A DNA stretch of 32,000 nucleotides from an uncultured Chloroflexia bacterium (GTDB lineage Bacteria; Chloroflexota; Ktedonobacteria; Ktedonobacterales; JADMIN01): assembly GCA_963718915.1 (NCBI GenBank), contig CAVRAI010000004.1, forward strand, positions 240,001 to 272,000, given 5' to 3'. Made by a program: the position numbers and the translations under genes. Positions within the stretch are counted from its first letter, which is position 1. Every line of letters starts with the position of its first letter. The notes below the pieces were generated by a model. It was not told where the DNA came from, did no database searches, and was given only the letters and a program-made list of their open reading frames with translations. Of this stretch, positions 25,669-32,000 are shown one piece after another.

Positions 25669-27399
25669 ATGCTGACGGTGCGCCAGGCGCTGGCAATGGA
25701 AGTCTTCGCGGGAAGCCGCGTCGTCGCCGGGAAGGATGGCCTCGACCGCGAGATACGCTGGGCGCATCCTGTGGATATCCCCCATGCCAGCGAGTGGGTG
25801 CGCGGCGGCGAGTTGCTGCTCACGACGTTTTATGGCCTGCGTGATGACCCGGAGGCGCAGATCCACCTGTGCGCCGAGCTTGCCGAGAAAGGACTGGCGG
25901 GCATGGTGGTCGCCATTGGCGGCTATCTGGATGCCGTGCCGGACGCCATTCGCAGCGCTGCCGACGCCGTGCAATTCCCCATCATCGAGATGCCCTGGGA
26001 TGTCCCGTTCGAGGACGTGGTCCGCGCCATCTCCGAGCAGATCATCAACGAGCAGTACCAGCTCTACAAGCAATCGCTCTCGATCCACGGCTCGCTGACG
26101 CGCCTGGTGCTGGATGGCGGTTCGTTGCAGGATGTTGCTCAGGAGCTATGCAAGCTGCTGCAACGCCCCGTCGAGATCGACGACCTCTCGTTCTCCGTGC
26201 TGGCCGCCGCAGGCTCCGAGACCGAGATTGACGACAGCCGCCGGACCGCTTTGCGCGAAGGGCGCAGCGCGCCGATGCTGCTGGAACACCTGCGACGCTC
26301 GGGTGTGCTTTCGCGAATGCGAACCAGTTTCGCCCCAGAGCGCATCGACGCGGACGAGAGCACCAGCGCGTATGGCATGACGATGGCGCGCATCCTGGCG
26401 CCGATTGTCGTCGCGCGCAAAATCTATGGCTACGTCTGGATCATCGCGGGCAGGCGCGAGTTGGAGCCGCTCGATTTCCACGCCATCGAACATGGCGCCA
26501 CCGTCGCCGCGCTAATCCTCTTCCGCGACCAGACGGGCCGACAGGCTGAGGAGCGCGCCGAGAGCCGCATCTTCAGCCGGTTGTTGGCCGAAGACGCGCG
26601 GCTCGATAATACTCTGCGCGAGGAGGTGGCTCGTTTCCGTCTGCGCCTGGAGGCGCCCCACGCCATCCTCGTGATCGATGCGGGAAGCAACGAGGCGCGC
26701 GCTGTCGAACTGGCCGCGCGTAACGCCGTCCGTCGCGCCGGGCTGGCCGCTGCAATGGGTGAGCGCGCCGGGCGGGTCGTTGTGCTGGTCGAAGGCTCGC
26801 GGTCAGAGGCAATCGTCGAGCTGAGCCAGCGCATCATCACCGAGGCGCAGCCACTCGAAGATACCATCAGGATTGGCGCTAGCCCGCTGCATGAAGACGC
26901 CGCTACGCTCCAGCGCGCTTATGAGCATGCCCTGGAGGCGCTGGCGTTGCTTCCGGCGCTTGGCGAAGACCGCAGGGTTGCCCAGTTCGATGAGCTTGGC
27001 ATCCTGCACTGGCTGCACGCCGTTCCGCAGGATCTGCTGGCGGAGAATGCGTTCGCCCGCAGCATCCAGCGGCTGGCGGAGCATGATCGCGCGCGGGGGG
27101 CTGAGCTACTCCATACACTGGAGGTCTTTCTGGAGTGCGACGGCAATAGCGTGCGCGCGGCGGAGAGGCTGATCGTCCACCGCCACACCCTGAAGTATCG
27201 TCTACAGCGTATCGAAGAGTTGTGCGACGTGAACCTGAGTGACCCGCTCTGCAAACTCAATCTGCGGGCGGCGCTGCTCTCGCGCCGCATGCGCAACGCT
27301 CATGTGAGAGCGACATTGACGGTTTCTCGCAGGAGGGTGGAAGAGGTTCGCCACAATGGCCAAAGAACCTCGGCCAACGTCCAGATCGCTGGCCCTTGA
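25669..27399 (+). CDS. PucR/CdaR-family transcriptional regulator
   Basis: N-terminal PucR-type domain (MLTVRQALAMEVFAGSRVVAGKDGLDREIRWAH...GGELLLTT). C-terminal PucR HTH (LHTLEVFLECDGNSVRAAERLIVHRHTLKYRLQRIEEL). Confidence 0.85.
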   Translation: MLTVRQALAMEVFAGSRVVAGKDGLDREIRWAHPVDIPHASEWVRGGELLLTTFYGLRDDPEAQIHLCAELAEKGLAGMVVAIGGYLDAVPDAIRSAADAVQFPIIEMPWDVPFEDVVRAISEQIINEQYQLYKQSLSIHGSLTRLVLDGGSLQDVAQELCKLLQRPVEIDDLSFSVLAAAGSETEIDDSRRTALREGRSAPMLLEHLRRSGVLSRMRTSFAPERIDADESTSAYGMTMARILAPIVVARKIYGYVWIIAGRRELEPLDFHAIEHGATVAALILFRDQTGRQAEERAESRIFSRLLAEDARLDNTLREEVARFRLRLEAPHAILVIDAGSNEARAVELAARNAVRRAGLAAAMGERAGRVVVLVEGSRSEAIVELSQRIITEAQPLEDTIRIGASPLHEDAATLQRAYEHALEALALLPALGEDRRVAQFDELGILHWLHAVPQDLLAENAFARSIQRLAEHDRARGAELLHTLEVFLECDGNSVRAAERLIVHRHTLKYRLQRIEELCDVNLSDPLCKLNLRAALLSRRMRNAHVRATLTVSRRRVEEVRHNGQRTSANVQIAGP

Positions 27400-27500
27400 G
27401 CCTGGTTCGGCTGGCCGATATACTGCCCACAACCGAGGATGCGCGGCTAATCAGACACATCGCTGTTAGGGGCGGGCATCATCACACGAGGAGGTACGGA

Positions 27501-29004
27501 ATGGCTCTCAAAACGCTGACGACTGATCGGCTGCTGATTGATGGACAGCGTGTCGCGACTGCCAGGACACAGACGCTGGTAAATCCCGCCACGGGCGCGC
27601 CCGCGGATACTGTGCCGGAGGGCAGCGTCGAAGATGTGCAGCGCGCGGTGAAAGCGGCGAAGACGGCGTTCGACGATGGGCGCTGGTCGCGTATCGGGCC
27701 GAGCGCCCGTTCCGCCGTGTTGTACAAACTGGCCGACCTGATCGAAGAGCACCTGGATGAGCTGGCCGCGCTGGAGTCGCGCAACGTCGGCAAGCCGATC
27801 AAGCTGGCGCACGATAGCGACCTGCCGTTTGCGGTGGATTGTCTGCGCTTCTTCGCGGGCGCGGCGCGCAATCTGGATGGGCGCGCGTCGAGCGAGTACA
27901 TGCCGGGGTACGCCAGCATGATTCGCCGCGAACCTATCGGCGTGGTGGGCCAGCTTGCGCCGTGGAACTATCCGCTGATGATGGCGATCTGGAAGATTGG
28001 TCCCGCGCTGGCGGCTGGCAATACGGTTGTGCTCAAGCCCGCGCCAGAAACGCCGCTTACCTCGCTGGCGCTGGGACAGCTGGCGCTTGAGGCTGGGTTG
28101 CCCGCGGGCGTCTTGAATGTGGTGACGGGCGGCGACGACGTTGGCGTGGCGCTGGTGGCGCATCCCGACGTCCGGCTGATCTCGCTGACCGGCGCGAGCG
28201 AGACGGGCAAGGCGGTCATGCGCGCGGCATCCGATACACTCAAGCGTGTACATATGGAGCTTGGGCGGCAAGGCGCCCTTCATCGTCTTCGACGACGCCG
28301 ACCTTGAGGCCGCGGCGCATGGGGCGGTGGTTGGTGGCTTCGTCAACACCGGCCAGGACTGCACTGCCGCCACGCGCATCTACGTGCAGCGCGGCTCGTT
28401 CGACGCCTTCGTGAAGCGCTATCTCGAACTGGTGGGCGAGGTGCGCGTCGGCGATCCGTCGTCACAGCAGACCGATATGGGGCCGCTGGTCTCCGAGGCG
28501 CAGTTGCGGCGTGTCGAGGCGCTGGTGGCGACCGCGAAGGGGACGGCGCGCTTCCTGGCGGGCGGCGAGCGGGCCAGCGTGGCTGGGATGGAGAACGGCT
28601 TCTTCTTCCAGCCGACGGTCATTACCGATGTGACCGACGATGCGAAGGTGGTGACCGACGAAATCTTTGGCCCGGTGACGGTGGTGCTGCCGTTCGACGA
28701 CGAGGCCGAGGTTATCGGCCGGGCGAACGCGGTACGCTACGCGCTTGCTGGCTCCGTCTGGACGGGCAACGTGCAGCGGGCGATGCGGGTGAGCGGCGCG
28801 CTGGAATTCGGCACCGTCTGGGTCAACGATCACCTGCCGCTGACGCCGGAGATGCCGCATGGTGGCTTCAAGCAGAGCGGCTTCGGCAAAGATATGTCGA
28901 TCTACGCGCTGGACGACTACACCCAGATCAAGCATGTGATGCTCGATACGTCGGGCGATCAGCGCAAGGGCTGGCACTACACCATCTTCGGCGACGCCGA
29001 ATAG
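27501..29004 (+). pseudogene. NAD(P)+-dependent aldehyde dehydrogenase (aminobutyraldehyde/betaine-aldehyde DH-like) with a 1-nt insertion at about 28273
   Basis: RBS GAGGAGG at 27488-27494 and ATG at 27501. ALDH motifs APWNYPL and [10 protein letters not shown] are present. The catalytic-Glu motif is split: frame A reads [10 protein letters not shown]..., frame B reads [15 protein letters not shown]. The catalytic Cys motif GQDCTAATR lies in frame B. The combined length of about 500 aa is normal for an ALDH. Confidence 0.85.
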
Positions 29005-29168
29005 CTCAGGCGAGAGGTTCGCTGGCTGGCTGTTCTCTGGAATGTCGGGGAGCAGCCAGTTGTCGTCTGGCGAGGGGTTAATTATCAGATCGAATGCCAG
29101 CTATATTCGACACCAGATAGTGATTGACCCATATGACGGTTTCTATTGTAACCGTCACACGATAGCCG

Positions 29169-29585
29169 TTATGAATGCCCGAGAGATGCGTGGTTTGTAT
29201 GCCCGGAACCACATACTCGTGTTGCCCCATCGACCTGAATGGTGTAGTGTATGCCGTTACGGCTCAAGGTAAAGCTATTAGCGCCTGGTATGCCAAGCAC
29301 CGTACCGTGGAGAAGACTGCCAACGCCAAGCGGGGTGGCTGTTGGCCTGGGAGCTGTCGTCGCCGTGGGTTGCGGTGTCGCGGTTGCCTCAGGCGTCTCG
29401 GTTGCCACGGGCGTCTCTGTGCTCTCCGCCGTCGCCGTTGCTGATGAGCCACCGTTCGCCAGCGCACCGTCCAGTAATGATGAGTTAAGCGCGAGGGTGC
29501 TAGCGCCAACGACCGCGGCTATGCAACCGATAACGATCGCTCCAATAATTGCGAGGCCCACCCGACTGCGAATCCACGCGCCCAT
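29169..29585 (-). CDS. Membrane-anchored Thr/Pro-rich protein with a small C-terminal beta domain (DUF5666-like from memory), possibly frameshifted near 29210
   Basis: N-terminal TM VGLAIIGAIVIGCIAAVVGA, linker ATAESTETPVATETPEATATPQPTATTAPRPTATP, then GTVLGIPGANSFTLSRNGIHYTIQVDGATRV. Another frame continues as YVVPGIQTTHLSGIHNGYRVTVTIETVIWVNHYLVSNIAGIRSDN to 29078. Confidence 0.55.
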   Translation of the reverse strand: MGAWIRSRVGLAIIGAIVIGCIAAVVGASTLALNSSLLDGALANGGSSATATAESTETPVATETPEATATPQPTATTAPRPTATPLGVGSLLHGTVLGIPGANSFTLSRNGIHYTIQVDGATRVCGSGHTNHASLGHS

Positions 29586-30085
29586 CTCGTCTTGACCCTC
29601 CCGATGATGATCGCTGTATTACCTAACGATCAAGCCTATTATGCCCTAACTGCCACCCTGACGCAGTACTTTGTTCTCGAACATGACAAATGGCTACTGC
29701 CCGTAATGAAAGTCGCTGCGCTGGCGACTTCGTTATAACAATGTGCGCGTGACGCCAGTAGCGCTAGCCAATAAGTCCTGAAAAGCTATACGGTCACGTC
29801 TCCTCCTTGCAGCCTTGTAGCGAGGACAAGGACGACAAGAAGGATGACAAGCTGGCCAGGTGAAGCGTGCTGAGCATGTGCTGCATTGTGCATATGCGAG
29901 GCGTAGAGCAGTGGCGACGGCTCAGCGGAGTGACGCCCGCGCATGGGGCATTTGGTGAGGCGGGATAACGTGGAGCGAGGGAGTGCAAGCGTATGAGGCG
30001 AATCACGAGTGCTTTTTCACGATCATCGCAGGTTATCATGCCGCGAACACCGCAAGATAGCAACGTACGGGCGCCGCAAGACACT

Positions 30086-31622
30086 ATGACACGCGCATTG
30101 CCGCTGGCCGCGCCAACCAATATGCTGCCAGTCCAGGTGATCGAGCGCCAGGTCATCGCGCCTGATGTGGTATCGATTCAGATCGTGCTGCCAGGGACGA
30201 GCCAGGCTCCCGCGCCCTATCTATCCGGACAGTTTGTCACCCTGGCGCTGCCCACCCCCCGCGAGACGCTCTATCGGTCATACTCGCTGTGCGGCGATGG
30301 CGATCCTTCGCGCCCGTGGGAACTCACCATCAAGCGCATGCAGATGGGCGCCGTTTCCAATTACTTCTATCAGTCCGTGCAGCAAGGCACGCTTCTGTAT
30401 GCCAGCCTGCCGCGTGGAACCTTTACCCTGCCGGGCCGCCTCACCCCAGAGATGGCATTCGTATTTGTCGCGACTGGCAGCGGAATCACGCCGATTATGG
30501 GTATGTTGCGCGCCATCCGGCGGCTTCCAGCGCAGGAACGCCCGCTGGTGCAGCTTCATTATGCGTCGCGCACCCCAGACGACATCATCTACGGCGATGA
30601 ACTGAACGAGATGGATCCAGATCGTATCTGGCTGCGGCAACTTCACTATGTCTCATCTGAGGGTTATCGGATGACCGTCGATGACATTCTTGACTATGCT
30701 GGGCCAGCGGCGGTTCGCGCCCACTGGTATATGTGCGGCGCCGATAATTTCAAGCGAGAGTTGCAGACCGAACTGGAGGCGATGGGCGTCTCGGTGCGGC
30801 AGATTCACACGGAGGTCTTTGGCTCACAGCATGGCCCAGCCTATCGGGTTGGCCAGTCAGTGGCCTCTACTGAGCCAACCGACCTGTTCATTGCGGATAC
30901 GGGCGATGCGCTCAATGTCGAGCCGGGCGAGACACTGCTCGCGGCGTTGGAGCGCAATGGCTATCATCCCGAATTCAGTTGCCGCGCGGGCATCTGTGGC
31001 TCGTGCAAGTTGCGCGATGCTCGAAGGCGAGGTCGATCAGCCGGGCGAAATCCTCTCGCCAGCCGAGAAGGCCAACGGCTATGTGCTCAGCTGTATTGCC
31101 CATCCGCAGGGGCAGGTGACGCTTGCCTCTGGGGGGCGCGCTCCGGCGGGGATGGTGCGCCGCAAGGTGACTGGCGTCAGCGGTGGGCGCTCGCGCACAT
31201 CGGTCACAGGCGTGCGGGCGGCGGCGCTGGTTGGGATGAGCGCCCTGGCAATTGGATCGTGGTCATTGACGAACCATCAGCCGGGTAGCTGGACCGCAGC
31301 TGCGGCGGCGGCCAACCCGCAGCCAACAGCGCCCGCCAATACCAGCCCTGGAGCGATATCCACCACAGCGGGTGGGACAACTCCCATCGCCGGCGGAAAG
31401 ACACCTGGCTCCGGTGGCAACGGTGGTGGCGGCGCTGGCGGAAGCACGCCCACCACGGGTAGCGGTAGTGGTGGTGGAGGTGGCGGCGCCGCGCCAACGG
31501 CCACCTCGGGCGGGAGTGGCGGAGGAACGGGTGGGTCGTCGCCGACCGCGACACCGAAAGCTGCTCCCACGGCGACGCCAAAGCCCCAACCAACGGCTAC
31601 CACGTGTTCGTCGAAGTGCTGA
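30086..31622 (+). pseudogene. FNR-like FAD/NAD(P)H oxidoreductase fused to a plant-type 2Fe-2S ferredoxin domain, TM helix and Gly/Thr/Pro-rich tail, with a 1-nt frame disruption at about 31016
   Basis: RSYSL (RxYS FAD motif), VATGSGITP (NAD motif), CRAGICGSCKLR in frame A, then MLEGEVDQPGEILSPAEKANGYVLSCIAHPQGQVTL in frame B (the fourth Cys). TM AAALVGMSALAIGSW, tail ...PTATPKAAPTATPKPQPTATTCSSKC. The start is uncertain (30038, 30086 or 30122). Confidence 0.8.
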
Positions 31623-31634
31623 GAATAGTCAGTG

Positions 31635-32000
31635 ATGAGTCCCAGTCAAGAGTTGGTGGTAATCGAACAAAGTCGGCGTATCATGGCAACGCCGATGAGT
31701 ATCCATATCGCCGTTCCGCCAGATGAGGCGGGCATGGCGAACGCAGCGATTATGCGGGGAATGGCCTGGCTCGATGGCCTGAGTGACCGGCTGACACGTT
31801 TCTCGCAGGAAAGCGAGTTGTCGCGACTCAACGCTTCGGCGGGCGTATGGTGCGCGGTCTCGGGTACGCTCTTCGCCGTCGTCGCCGAGAGTCTCGCGGC
31901 GGCGCGGGTCACTGATGGCCTGTTCGATCCGGCCCTGTTGCCGCTCCTCGAAGCCATTGGCTACGACCGCGACTATGGCGAGATCAAGCATCGCGAGATA
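31635..32000 (+). CDS. apbE: ApbE-family FAD:protein FMN transferase, 5' partial, running off the window
   Basis: My own translation (the ORF is open to the window edge): MSPSQELVVIEQSRRIMATPMSIHIAV...LDGLSDRLTRFSQESELSRLNASAG...VTDGLFDPALLPLLEAIGYDRDY. This matches the ApbE N-terminal pattern (R-MGT, SELSRLN, G-FDP). No signal peptide or lipobox is visible. Confidence 0.8.
   Translation, partial: MSPSQELVVIEQSRRIMATPMSIHIAVPPDEAGMANAAIMRGMAWLDGLSDRLTRFSQESELSRLNASAGVWCAVSGTLFAVVAESLAAARVTDGLFDPALLPLLEAIGYDRDYGEIKHREI

Noticed and set aside
25471-26088. The 5' 206 codons of the 379-aa minus-strand ORF 24949..26088.
   Set aside because: Only the last 173 codons look like a GNAT, with a GTG start at 25470 and a good RBS. 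The upstream part runs antisense through the start of the well-supported PucR-family gene.
29022-29059. CTGGCTG...CAGCCAG inverted repeat after the aldehyde dehydrogenase stop, considered as a terminator.
   Set aside because: It has a 7-bp stem with a loop of about 20 nt and no U-tract. It may also lie close to the true 3' end of the convergent gene if that gene is frameshifted.
29440-29470. GGSSATAT in the T/P-linker protein, resembling the ApbE flavinylation motif [ST]GA[ST].
   Set aside because: It reads SSAT, not SGAT. The preceding Asp is missing and there is no FMN-bind domain context, so it is most likely part of the low-complexity linker.
29794-30156. A 120-aa minus-strand ORF in or overlapping the reductase upstream region.
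   Set aside because: It has Cys/Arg/Ser-rich low-complexity sequence and overlaps the probable reductase start. The LSSLSS repeats are simply the complement of the GACAAG repeats.
31204-31603. Several 108-129-aa minus-strand ORFs and a plus-strand 87-aa ORF over the Gly/Thr/Pro tail region.
   Set aside because: All frames are open because of the GC-rich low-complexity repeats. Only the plus frame continuous with the ferredoxin domain, ending 13 nt before apbE, is positionally sensible.
1-32000. Search for tRNA/rRNA genes, CRISPR arrays, transposases, integrases or terminal inverted repeats flanking the low-GC island.
   Set aside because: None was recognised by eye in the intergenic regions (1-437, 3754-3992, 5901-6070, 7440-7606, 10993-12128, 29586-30085). 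Absence by eye is not proof; tRNAscan-SE, Infernal or ISfinder would be needed.

Overview
GC-rich bacterial chromosomal window (over 60% GC by eye, not computed). The gene content (prkA-yhbH-spoVR, Thr/Pro-rich PTATP-type linkers, split hldA/hldC) suggests a spore-forming Chloroflexota/Ktedonobacteria-like or similar monoderm, but this is a low-confidence inference. Gene order: TetR regulator, ABC-2 exporter (ATPase and permease) and a lipoprotein (1-3.75 kb). A lower-GC accessory island follows (about 3.76-7.6 kb) with a TIR-domain ORF, a TPR ORF, a TerY-like vWA gene and a Ser/Thr kinase with Zn-ribbon and FHA-like tail, all interrupted by frameshifts. Then murJ, hldC and hldA (7.6-11 kb) and a 1.1-kb region without convincing coding. 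Next come prkA-yhbH-spoVR (12.1-16.8 kb) and a complete Pho cluster on the minus strand (pstS-pstC-pstA-pstB-pstB-phoU-response regulator, 16.9-23.3 kb). A PhoR-like kinase is divergent from pstS, and an 11-bp-periodic Pho-box array lies between them. The window ends with a GNAT acetyltransferase, a PucR-family regulator, a frameshifted aldehyde dehydrogenase, a small membrane-anchored T/P-rich protein, a frameshifted FNR-like reductase/2Fe-2S protein with an unusual TM and Gly/Thr/Pro tail, and the 5' part of apbE. No tRNA, rRNA, CRISPR array, transposase or integrase was recognised. The main points are the decayed TIR-TPR / vWA / kinase conflict-type island and the concentration of single-nucleotide frame disruptions in accessory genes while core genes stay intact. 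All domain calls rest on motif reading by eye; no searches were run.
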